From contig CAZGJX010000008.1 in the NCBI GenBank assembly GCA_964525635.1, forward strand, positions 1 through 64,000: 64,000 bases of DNA, given 5' to 3'. Source of the stretch: an uncultured archaeon. Lineage in GTDB: Archaea; Asgardarchaeota; Lokiarchaeia; Sigyniarchaeales; SOKP01. Shown here in pieces: positions 10,901 to 19,327 of the stretch. Position 1 is the stretch's first letter. Each line of letters opens with the position of its first letter. The notes beneath the pieces were generated by a model that did not search any database, was not told the origin of the DNA, and was given only the letters and a program-made list of their open reading frames with translations. Position numbers and translations under genes: made by a program.

Positions 10901-11133
10901 TAATTATCTATAAAATTAAAGATAATGGAATAGGATTAACTCAAGATGAAATAAATAAGCTATTTGGCAAATTTATCATGTTAAATAATGATATTGAAAA
11001 TTTTTCAAAAGGAAGTGGTTTAGGTCTTTATATATCAAAAGGAATTATTGAAGCACATAAAGGCAAAATTTGGGTTGAATCCGAGGGAAAAAATAAAGGT
11101 TCAACATTTCACTTTAGTTTACCACTTCCATAA
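7921..11133 (+). CDS. Cytoplasmic multi-PAS sensor histidine kinase
   Basis: About six PAS/PAC repeats; H box AAHELKTPL, N box NLINNALKF, DNGIG, GSGLGLYI; no TM helix. Confidence 0.93.
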   Translation: MESTFNNTYKDDEVLFKLISSIGDWIWYIDRKGIIRYCSPTIDNLINLTPNQIIGNSINKYLSDEITNEKIIDIISISEKTINEINVKIIDNKGDEIPVLMYTVPQFAEDGTYRGFSGINKLCNKKGKQQKSFDQKSIQKILFKKSKDLICLVDSYNKYNIKFINENQFSKQLFYSSEDLLGKNLLDFIHNDDKDRIIEIIKSRKLNEKDNREIRIKNRKKEFIWFEVFNKDFLNYDSSKDIFILFKNISTIKKLQKEIDEHKERFEWLYNEVPEIRYWKLLIPKKAITAVQKSQEMLEKVIDNIPQYIFWKDKELNYLGCNTNFSKLINLDNPDNISGITNKKIPLFKNYLTQHEKKEKDVIKHNRPKLDSIESLILSNGKKAYFNINRIPLLDLNNQVVGLLSTYEDITDRKDSEEKLKASEEKYRNILENIKECYFETDLIGNITFINDAFSEATGYKKYELIGMNFSDFCDDKNNEKLHKAFNKVYVKEKGIRDVQYKGHFKNNKEVVIESSVYLKKDSEGKKVGFCGLLRIITEKYLLQQKLKESENKYRIISENANDFISIINEKFAYEYINELPHLKGMGYSKEELIGKKCLEFIHPDDINTSIKTLNEGFYNKEPGWGEVRFKHKNGSWIWIDVKGTPFIDIDGKLKAVLMARDITGRKKTEEKLKESEDKLKKLNKQLGEKILERTRELRISEEKFRTITEQSLLGVAILQNNYVLYTNLALSKMIGYSEEELRNWTLKDLTKCFHPSNIVSIPLMIKEIENLGLGNTLQYTLKIITSDKNNKYLELFLRRIPYKSSSAILISAVDITIKKKAEIKLIESERKLKQQNEELKKLDKLKTDFITMAAHELKTPLISISGYVDLIILREKTLKEDIKEELMIILNNSKRLESYVEKLLDALKIDAKKMDFKMIRIKVPDILNTCLTELEYQIKKKNIEIKLEVNNDISLNVDHFRISQVFSNLINNALKFTPSNCAIQISDEIKDDLIIYKIKDNGIGLTQDEINKLFGKFIMLNNDIENFSKGSGLGLYISKGIIEAHKGKIWVESEGKNKGSTFHFSLPLP

Positions 11134-11373
11134 TAATTCATTAAATAATTGATTTTACTTTTATTTAAAAAAATAATTTTCCATTTGTTATATACGTGTT
11201 ACAAGAGAATTTTAAAAGAACAATCTATAGAAAATTGTATTTGTATTTTTGATCAAGCTCCTGATAATCAAAAATTAAATTAATAACATCATTATTAAAT
11301 ATAATTTCATTTTAAATAAAGAGTTTAAAATAACAATATTCTATAAATAAAATTCAAGATGTTAAAAATGTGA

Positions 11374-11826
11374 AAAAGAAAACATTTAGGAATTGGTTTA
11401 CAAGTAATTATAATTACTATATTATTTGTAACATTATTTATACCTTTAATTGAAGGTTCTTATCGGGATTTAGACCATTTTACCGCTTATTTAGCAGGAA
11501 ATATGGAGTCAATATCATCATTACCTTTACGTCCAGCAAATATATTATTATTTGATATTCCAGTTTTAGGTGTTTTTTTTTTATATCTTGATATAATAAT
11601 TATAATGACTTTTTTGCTCTCATATTTCGCTGTATATAGTAAAAAAAAGATATATTCAATATTGGAAATAATTTTTGGAACTATAATGATGTTAAACTTT
11701 ATTATGTTTAGATTTATTGGACCTTATTTCATGGTAGCTCTATTACCTTTATTTGGATTTGGACTATTTATGTGTATAATAGTGAGTATTGGTTTTATTA
11801 TAATAGGGATATCCCAATTAAAATAA
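11374..11826 (+). CDS. Small multi-pass membrane protein; 5' end probably frameshifted (annotated ATG 11503)
   Basis: Frame is open from 11374 with an extra TM (HLGIGLQVIIITILFVTLFIPL); likely original start GTG 11370 is one base out of frame across an A-rich run. Confidence 0.5.
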   Translation, partial: KRKHLGIGLQVIIITILFVTLFIPLIEGSYRDLDHFTAYLAGNMESISSLPLRPANILLFDIPVLGVFFLYLDIIIIMTFLLSYFAVYSKKKIYSILEIIFGTIMMLNFIMFRFIGPYFMVALLPLFGFGLFMCIIVSIGFIIIGISQLK

Positions 11827-12013
11827 ATTTCTGTTTTTAATAATCCCAATTTTTATATTACATACAGATTACCTCATTATATATAATCTATCGTGAGACA
11901 CTGTTTCATGAATTATTAAAAAAAAATTGATATTTTTATACTCTATATTCTTTTAAATTTCCTGAGAACTTATATAAATTTAATATATATATAATAATTT
12001 AGTAAAACTTACA

Positions 12014-14203
12014 ATGGCAACTTTAATTATTGCTGAAAAAGCGAAAGCTGCAGAAGCTATTGCTGAATCATTTGGATCTATAAATATAATAGAAAAAAAC
12101 AAATTCCTCAAAATATATAAAGTTGTTAAACAAGAGACTTATGTTTTACCTTTAAGAGGACATATCCTTGAACATAGAAATTCAAAAGATTATGAAAGTT
12201 GGACAAAATCCAATCCAAGAGAAATAATCACAAATCCCGATGCCATTGAAAAAGTTCCGAAGTCCTATGCTTTTCCTTACATACAAGCCTTAAAAAAATA
12301 TGCAAAAATATGTAAATATTGTATAATAGGAACTGATGCTGACATAGAAGGATGTAATATTGGATTATTTGATGCATTACCATATGTAAAAAGTGTAAAT
12401 AAAGATATTATTGTCAAACAAATGTGGTTGAGTTCTTTAGAAAAAAAAGAAATTTTAAAAAAATTTAATAATCCTATTCCCCCTAAATGGAAATGGGCAG
12501 AATCAGGAGAAGCAAGAGCAATTATAGATGCAATTATAGGATTCTCAGCAACTAGACAAATAACTAAAATCATTAAACCTCTTTTACAAAGTATTAATCA
12601 TAAATTTACTTCTATAGGGAGAGTTCAAACATCCTTACTTTATTTAATCTATTTAAGAGATAAGGAAATTAAAGAATTTGTACCAGAACCATATTATACT
12701 ATTGAAGCGATGGTAAGTAGTAATAATTATCAATTTAAAGCATATCATGAATCGAATCCATTTAATAAAAATAAACGACAAGTTGCTGAAGAAATATATG
12801 AACGAATAAAGAATGAAAAAATCGCAAATATTATTGATAATTACACTAAGTCAACCAATTTGAATCCTCCAACTCCTTTAAATACATCGAAAGCATTAAT
12901 TCTATTAACAAAGTATCTTCATATAAACGCTAATTTAGCGTTAAATATCATGAATGACTTATATCTTAATAAAATCATAACTTATCCAAGAACTGATTCC
13001 GATGTTTATAAACCATCTTTTAACCATGAAAATATAATTTATAAATTTAAAAACCATTCTGATTATAGGATTTATACTCAAATTCTTATAAAAAATCAAA
13101 AATTTAAACCAACAATAGGTAAAAAAGATGCAGGAGATCATCCCCCTATCACTCCAATAGAGGCGCTAGAATTAAATAATACCAGACTTAAAAGTAAACT
13201 TCATTCTAAAGTATATAATTTGTTAGCAAGACATTATTTAGCACTATTTGGAGATAAAGCTGTAGAATCAAAAGTTTTTCTTAAATTATCAATTAAAAAT
13301 GAAATATTTAATTCTCAACTAGCTACATTAGTTTCGGAAGGATTTTTAGAAATTGTACCATTTCTAAAAAGAAAATATGATTCTCATATAAGAATATCTA
13401 GCAATTTTTTACCAATTAACGAAATAATATTTAATATAAAAGAGACAAAACCTAATCCAGAGTATACAGATACATCTTTACTAAGACTAATGGAAAAATA
13501 TAATTTAGGTACGAAATCAACAAGACCGGTGATTATACAAATTCTAGAAAAAAGAAGTTTAATATATAAAGAAAAAAGGAAATTTAAAATTAGTAATCTT
13601 GGTGTTTTCCTAATAGAAATACTAATTAAAATCTGGTTACCATTCCTAAAACCTGATTTTACCCGTATAATTGAAAACTTATTAGAAGATATCAAAGAAG
13701 GTAAAAAAACTAAAGAAGTTGTTATTAAAATAATTAGGAAAATATTTCTAAATCTTTTTGATAAACTTATAGAAAAAGAAAATCAAATTGCAAATAATAT
13801 AATAGAATTCAGTAAAAAGATTCCCAATCATAAAAATCTTAGAAATACAACTGATATTTTAACTTCCACAAATTGTCCTTTTTGTAGAAAAGAAAAAATG
13901 AAGTTGGTAAATCCTAAGAATAAGAGAAGATTTTTAATTTGTTTGAATTCAGAATGTAAGGAAAAATACATTTCCATTCCAAAAAAGGGAAGAATATATA
14001 TTTTAAAGAATTCCACCTGTTTAAAGTGTGGATTTAATATTTTCAAGATTGGATATAAAAAAAATGATAAATTACTGTACTATTATCTTTGTCCTTATTG
14101 TTGGAATATAGGTTTTAAAGAGAATAAATTAGAAAATGGATTTTGTTCTAATTGTCTTGATTATAGAATAGAAAAAAATAAATGTATAAAGAAAAAAATA
14201 TAA
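12014..14203 (+). CDS. topA: Type IA DNA topoisomerase (archaeal TopA/TopoIII) with C-terminal zinc ribbons
   Basis: IIAEK, TDADIEG (TOPRIM), SIGRVQT, ITYPRTD (catalytic Tyr), LGTKSTR; Cys-rich C-terminus. Confidence 0.95.
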   Translation: MATLIIAEKAKAAEAIAESFGSINIIEKNKFLKIYKVVKQETYVLPLRGHILEHRNSKDYESWTKSNPREIITNPDAIEKVPKSYAFPYIQALKKYAKICKYCIIGTDADIEGCNIGLFDALPYVKSVNKDIIVKQMWLSSLEKKEILKKFNNPIPPKWKWAESGEARAIIDAIIGFSATRQITKIIKPLLQSINHKFTSIGRVQTSLLYLIYLRDKEIKEFVPEPYYTIEAMVSSNNYQFKAYHESNPFNKNKRQVAEEIYERIKNEKIANIIDNYTKSTNLNPPTPLNTSKALILLTKYLHINANLALNIMNDLYLNKIITYPRTDSDVYKPSFNHENIIYKFKNHSDYRIYTQILIKNQKFKPTIGKKDAGDHPPITPIEALELNNTRLKSKLHSKVYNLLARHYLALFGDKAVESKVFLKLSIKNEIFNSQLATLVSEGFLEIVPFLKRKYDSHIRISSNFLPINEIIFNIKETKPNPEYTDTSLLRLMEKYNLGTKSTRPVIIQILEKRSLIYKEKRKFKISNLGVFLIEILIKIWLPFLKPDFTRIIENLLEDIKEGKKTKEVVIKIIRKIFLNLFDKLIEKENQIANNIIEFSKKIPNHKNLRNTTDILTSTNCPFCRKEKMKLVNPKNKRRFLICLNSECKEKYISIPKKGRIYILKNSTCLKCGFNIFKIGYKKNDKLLYYYLCPYCWNIGFKENKLENGFCSNCLDYRIEKNKCIKKKI

Positions 14204-14262
14204 AATCTTAAAAAACTAAGTTATATAATTATATGTTATATTAAGATTTATTAACGATTAAT

Positions 14263-14796
14263 ATGAATAAAATTGGATTTTTATCAGGAGTTATTACGAT
14301 TCTTTTATTATTCTTACCTTTTCTTCCAATAGGTATATATTTTTGGAATGAAACCACATCTTCCTTAGAATTGAATTCTTATATTAAATTTCCAGTTTCC
14401 CTACTTAATCTTAATAATACTAAAATATTCTTATGGGGTAGTACCAATGGAAATTCAATTACTTTCTGGTTCACTGATTGGTTTAATAATTTTTCTGTTA
14501 CTACTGTTATCACTTTTTTATTCCTTATTGTCTTAAGTATATTGGCAATTATCTTTTCATTCTTAGGATGTGTAAAAGAAAATCAGAAGGGGAGAAGATA
14601 TATGAGTTTCAATTTTTTTGCGATTTTTTTCATTATATTTTTCACAATCATAGGATTTACGATATATAGTGAAGAAATTTTTGGCAGTCAATTTGGTTTA
14701 TTAGAAATATATCAATATTTAGATACTGGTTTTTATATTTTGTTAATCAATTTTATTTTATCAATTATAGCATTCATTAAACATCCAATTAAATAA
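14263..14796 (+). CDS. Four-TM membrane protein
   Basis: Four hydrophobic helices, large first loop with FLWG, GFYILL before the last TM. Confidence 0.7.
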   Translation: MNKIGFLSGVITILLLFLPFLPIGIYFWNETTSSLELNSYIKFPVSLLNLNNTKIFLWGSTNGNSITFWFTDWFNNFSVTTVITFLFLIVLSILAIIFSFLGCVKENQKGRRYMSFNFFAIFFIIFFTIIGFTIYSEEIFGSQFGLLEIYQYLDTGFYILLINFILSIIAFIKHPIK

Positions 14797-14808
14797 GGTG
14801 AAAAGTAT

Positions 14809-15297
14809 ATGGCAAGAAAAATAGGAATAATTATTGGAATTATTGCTTTAATTTTATCATTTATAGGTACCATACCGATTTACCCAACTGAAAATATTGA
14901 AATAAATTTTAATATTTTTAAAATGAATAATGTAGAATATTTTCTCTGGGGATATGTAAACATTGATAATTCTTCTTTTTCATCCATGTTACTACATTTT
15001 CCAGAAAGTACTATAGGTATTCTTTTATGGGGATTAATGTTAATTATAGGACTTAATTCTATTATGACCTCAACTTCAAAAACTAAATATAATAATGCAA
15101 TTAAAGCAAATGCATTAAATATTCTATTTTCTGCTTTTCTTATATCATTTTATACTATTAATATTATAATTTTAGCTTCTGGTAATTTAATTACAGATTT
15201 TGGTGAAGTAGGACTTGGGTATTATCTACTCATAATAATTCTTATCCTAAATATAGTTGCTTTAAAATTACTTAGAAATAGTGAAATGATATCTTAA
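14809..15297 (+). CDS. Four-TM membrane protein, paralog of the upstream gene
   Basis: Same layout (FLWG, GLGYYLL); AGGTGA SD-like site just upstream. Confidence 0.7.
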   Translation: MARKIGIIIGIIALILSFIGTIPIYPTENIEINFNIFKMNNVEYFLWGYVNIDNSSFSSMLLHFPESTIGILLWGLMLIIGLNSIMTSTSKTKYNNAIKANALNILFSAFLISFYTINIIILASGNLITDFGEVGLGYYLLIIILILNIVALKLLRNSEMIS

Positions 15298-15311
15298 ATA
15301 TTCTCTATTTT

Positions 15312-15668
15312 TTATTTATATTGATATTTTGTATAAGCTGCTCTGGTTAATCCAACATAATTATCTGATAATTTATAATACATTTTTTCATTTACGACTT
15401 TTTTTTCGACGTAGTCATTTTTAACAACATGGTTTAGAGAATGTACTATCGTCCCTAAAGTCACAGAACCGACATATTTTTGCTTTTTTTTAGCAATTCT
15501 TATTAATTCTAATTCTGAATGCCATGCTCCATCCAATAAAGATCTCAAAATGTCATTCTTCACTGGTGTTTTAATGTCTTTAATTTTATTAAATAAAGTA
15601 TCATAATCAGGTTTATAATAATTTTTGATTAATTGTTTAGAATCATTATTTAAATCCAAATTTGTCAT
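15312..15668 (-). CDS. Small winged-helix-like protein
   Basis: ILRSLLDGAWHSELEL ... YVEKKVVNEKMYYKL wing pattern. Confidence 0.6.
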   Translation of the reverse strand: MTNLDLNNDSKQLIKNYYKPDYDTLFNKIKDIKTPVKNDILRSLLDGAWHSELELIRIAKKKQKYVGSVTLGTIVHSLNHVVKNDYVEKKVVNEKMYYKLSDNYVGLTRAAYTKYQYK

Positions 15669-15806
15669 ATATTTTTGTCACCTTTAATTAAATCTCTTTT
15701 CATATCACTATAATAAATGGATTTATATAACAAGATGTAATACAACAATATTACAATCTATTATAATTATTTATTAGGAGGAAAAAGGTAAAAAAATATA
15801 AAGTAA

Positions 15807-16922
15807 TTATAAAATATTCTCTGGAATTCCATTCTTATAATATTTCCCTCTTGAAATCCAATTTTGTGAGAATTCAGGGATCATAGCTAATATGGATCCC
15901 CCCGTCCAAACTGAATACGTTCTCTCACGGGGAGCAATTATTCGAATTATTTGATCTTTTTTTTTTCTTCTTATCAACTCAAGTTCAAGTTCTTGATATA
16001 ATCGGGCTTTCATATTTGGAAACATGGATGATCCTCCTGATAAGAATATATTATTCAATAATTCAGGCCTTATATCCAAATCACATTGTTCAATAACATC
16101 GATAATTATTTTAGGTAAAGAATCATGCTCCAATTCTGATGTAGGATTAAATAATAATTCAGGTACGATAAATCTTTCTTTACTTAGGGTAATAGTTGAT
16201 CCATCTGGTAAAGAATATTGTTTTTTATATTGCTCACTTCTCTTTAAATCTTCCTTATAATCTAATGATAAAAAACAGGCTTTCTCTTTTATAGCTCTCA
16301 CTATTTCTTTATGTATTGATGATTCCAAATTAAATCCTATTGAATCTTTAAGAACATCTCCCATATAACGAGTCAAAACTCTTCCGCCTATTTCTACAAT
16401 TCTAATTGCATGATTTAATTTATAACCCTCATAAATTGGAATAATTCTAGTACTACTATCACCAATTTCAACAACTAATCCTGTTTGGAATCCTCCAGAA
16501 TAAAGAGTCAACATAGAATCTAAAACTGGATAAAATGCCATACATTGATAATTTTCTAAAAATAATTGAAATAATCGTTTGATATCTTGTCGAGGAAACA
16601 TTGGATGTATAGCAAATAAAACATTAACTAGAGTTGGATCTACTCTCAAGTTATAAAAAATATAATCAATAATTTTCTCAAAAAATTTCCAATCTGTTAT
16701 TTTTCCCTCTTGAATTGGATATTCAATTTTATACAGACCTAAAGATTGTATTTCATCTCCAACATAAAGTTCCTGCTCATTTTTGGTAAATTGATCCTCA
16801 AATCCATGATATTTTGGTGTACCAACCATTGTAAAAAAGATCATTGAAGGATTATCTTCTCCAGAAAATCCACATTTGCTACTAAATTGCCCAATATCAA
16901 GAACAATTGTTAAATTTGGCAT
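15807..16922 (-). CDS. Actin-related protein (divergent Asgard actin family)
   Basis: LDIGQFSSKCGFSGEDNP, LYVGDE, EIGDSSTRIIPIYEGY, GGRVLT, YSLPDG, ERFIVPELLFNP, LSGGSSMFP, SVWTGGSILA. Confidence 0.95.
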   Translation of the reverse strand: MPNLTIVLDIGQFSSKCGFSGEDNPSMIFFTMVGTPKYHGFEDQFTKNEQELYVGDEIQSLGLYKIEYPIQEGKITDWKFFEKIIDYIFYNLRVDPTLVNVLFAIHPMFPRQDIKRLFQLFLENYQCMAFYPVLDSMLTLYSGGFQTGLVVEIGDSSTRIIPIYEGYKLNHAIRIVEIGGRVLTRYMGDVLKDSIGFNLESSIHKEIVRAIKEKACFLSLDYKEDLKRSEQYKKQYSLPDGSTITLSKERFIVPELLFNPTSELEHDSLPKIIIDVIEQCDLDIRPELLNNIFLSGGSSMFPNMKARLYQELELELIRRKKKDQIIRIIAPRERTYSVWTGGSILAMIPEFSQNWISRGKYYKNGIPENIL

Positions 16923-16971
16923 AATTGATAAAATTTTATATTTTAATATTTAGTATTATTAATAATATTAC

Positions 16972-17724
16972 TTATTCTAATATAATTTTTAGAGGTGTAT
17001 ATGTTGTATCGGGTATAAATGCTTCACCATATTTTACGTTAATTTCATTACCTCTTATACGTGCGGTACTCTCTGCCCAAAAAAATATCTGATCTAAAAC
17101 TTTCTTTTGAGAATTATAGAATTGATTGAAAATCTTTTTTTTTCTTTCCCAATGTTTTTCAATATCGACAATAATGTATATTGTTGTTTTTATATATTGG
17201 AATTTACATGAGGGAGATTCATAATAATAAACTGCTAGAGGAGTCCATTGTTTATTAGTTCCTCCATAGGCTTTTCCTGAAACAGAATGATATATACTTT
17301 CCCGAATAATAAATGAAAAATCCCGATGTATTCGATGAAAATCCATATAATGTGGCATTAAAATAACTTGAGGGCGGTATTCACGAATTAAGTTTGTAAT
17401 CCGAGCAATTTTTTTTCTATCTATACTGAGATTATTATAACCTAAATCTATTAAATTGCATTTTAATTCTTTAACGACTTCCCTTATTTCATTCTCTCGT
17501 AATTCGAAAATAGTATCTTTTTGGCTTTCTTGTGAATATCCTCCAATACCTTTTGTACCTAGAACTAAAGTGATATCAGAACCTAATTCCTGATATTTTA
17601 TTATTGTCCCTCCACATGAAATAATTTCGTCATCTGGATGACCTGCAAAAATCATAATTCGTTTTGGAATTATGAAAATATCAGAATTATCTTCAATTAT
17701 AAAATATTTTTTATTTTTATTCAT
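16972..17724 (-). CDS. PIG-L/LmbE family deacetylase
   Basis: AGHPDDE motif, RENE, DFHRIH, YGEAF. Confidence 0.88.
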   Translation of the reverse strand: MNKNKKYFIIEDNSDIFIIPKRIMIFAGHPDDEIISCGGTIIKYQELGSDITLVLGTKGIGGYSQESQKDTIFELRENEIREVVKELKCNLIDLGYNNLSIDRKKIARITNLIREYRPQVILMPHYMDFHRIHRDFSFIIRESIYHSVSGKAYGGTNKQWTPLAVYYYESPSCKFQYIKTTIYIIVDIEKHWERKKKIFNQFYNSQKKVLDQIFFWAESTARIRGNEINVKYGEAFIPDTTYTPLKIILE

Positions 17725-17976
17725 ATTTTAAAAATAATTGGTTTAAATGAAAGAATTGATATACAAAATTTATTATCTCAATAAAAATAAATCTTTTTAT
17801 TCATATTTAACTGAAATTATTTCCTATTGAGTATTATTAATTAATATTTTTAAATACTCTTAGGAATTAGTCATTTTTTAATAAAAACTCGTTGATTAAA
17901 AAATATTTGTTTAGTAAAAAGAATTTATTAATTTATTTTTTTAACAAAAGGAATATAAAGTTAAATTGAGATTTAA

Positions 17977-18621
17977 TTATTCTCCTCGCATTATCTTTTT
18001 TAGTCGATTTAATTCTTCCAGCATTTCATCTCTTAATGAACTTAATCCTCCTCCAGGCTTGGGGGCTATAGGTGCTTGAGGACTCATAGGTGGTGGCCCT
18101 CCTCCTCCCGGTGGTGCTCTAGGGGGACCTCCCCCTCCCGGTGGTGCTGAAGGTAATCTTGGTGCCGGAGGTAAATTTGAAGCTCTTGGTGGCCCTCCTC
18201 CTCCCGGTGGTGCTCTAGGGGGACCCGAAGAAGGTGGTGCTCTGGGTGGGCCTCCTCCTGGTGGGGCTCTAGGGGGACCCGAGGATGGTGCTCTTGGTGG
18301 TGCTGGGGGCGCGGTTGCAGGGCTGGCGATAATGGGTGGAGCAGAACCCGTCTGAGGTGAACCACTTAGAAGAGAAAATAGAGTACTCGCAGCGGCTGTT
18401 TTTACATTTGTTTGTGGAGCCACAACATGAGTAGAAGAGGTACTTACTGTTTTCACTTCTTCAGTTATTTCAACTTCTTTTAAATCTTTTTCTGCTTTAT
18501 TTAATGACTCAATAAAACCTCTAATATTTTTAACAGTATCTTCTAATTCATCAGTTAGTCCAACTAACCCTTTTTTTAAAAAACTTATAACCCGATTCAT
18601 TTTTTTTTTTTCAGAAACCAC
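17977..18621 (-). CDS. Coiled-coil / proline-rich / C-terminal helix protein (WH2- or VASP-tetramer-like end)
   Basis: GTG start after GAGG; N-terminal heptad helix; six PPRA repeats with Gly runs; ends RDEMLEELNRLKKIMRGE. Confidence 0.85.
   Translation of the reverse strand: MVSEKKKMNRVISFLKKGLVGLTDELEDTVKNIRGFIESLNKAEKDLKEVEITEEVKTVSTSSTHVVAPQTNVKTAAASTLFSLLSGSPQTGSAPPIIASPATAPPAPPRAPSSGPPRAPPGGGPPRAPPSSGPPRAPPGGGGPPRASNLPPAPRLPSAPPGGGGPPRAPPGGGGPPPMSPQAPIAPKPGGGLSSLRDEMLEELNRLKKIMRGE
18090..18310 (-). repeat. GC-rich degenerate tandem repeat encoding (G/S)nPPRAPP units
   Basis: Recurrent GGTGGTGCTCT and AGGGGGACC units on the + strand, strongly GC-rich versus the flanks. Confidence 0.85.
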
Positions 18622-18902
18622 GATTTTATCAAATCCTCAATGTTTTAGGAAAGTTAATTTATTTATAATAAGTATTATTTTAAATATATAATCCTTTAAT
18701 ATAAATTTATATATAATAAGTAAATATATTTTTTTAAATTTATTTTTATTTTTTTCTAATAATAGTATAGCTCTTCTGAATTTTAATTGATTATTAATTA
18801 CTAAAGATACTTTTTATATTTTTCAGCTCAATCTATAAAATTTCTTGTTTTTTTTTTCTATAATTAAAGTATAAAAATAATATATATATCAAAGGGCATT
18901 TC

Positions 18903-18926
18903 TTACCTATCTGATTTGGTAGGTAA
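18903..18926. promoter_or_regulatory. Inverted repeat TTACCTA-N10-TAGGTAA (operator or hairpin)
   Basis: Perfect 7-bp arms (9 bp with a G-U pair) in the divergent intergenic region 18622-19327. Confidence 0.35.
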
Positions 18927-19327
18927 AGGTTTTTATTTAAATTAATTGAAATGAAGTTTATTTATAATTCTTTCAATAATGAAATAGAAAAGAGTTAATT
19001 ATAAAATAAAGATATGGTAATATTAATTTTAGTCACATTATATAAAGAAATTTCTTTCTATATGTTTCAAATAATTATATAATATATTTCATTATTAATT
19101 GAAATTCAATCATCATATAAAATTACATCATCAATCATTATTAAAAGCTTACTGATAAATCAAAAAATAAAAATTTGTGATTTAATAAAATATTTAATTC
19201 TTTCTATGTTAAACAATAATATTAATAATAAAAATTAGTACTTATATTATTGATAGTAAAATATCTTTAAATGAGTAAATTAAACAAAATAGATTAAACA
19301 TAATATTTCCATAAAAGGTGATAAGTT

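Noticed and set aside
18090-18310. GC-rich island considered as an RNA gene, CRISPR array or foreign DNA
   Set aside because: Fully explained by Pro/Gly/Ala codons inside one ORF; no repeat-spacer structure
18084-18365. His/Glu-rich 93-aa ORF (HHREEEGH repeats)
   Set aside because: Alternate-frame reading of the GC-rich proline repeat, which lacks stops for compositional reasons
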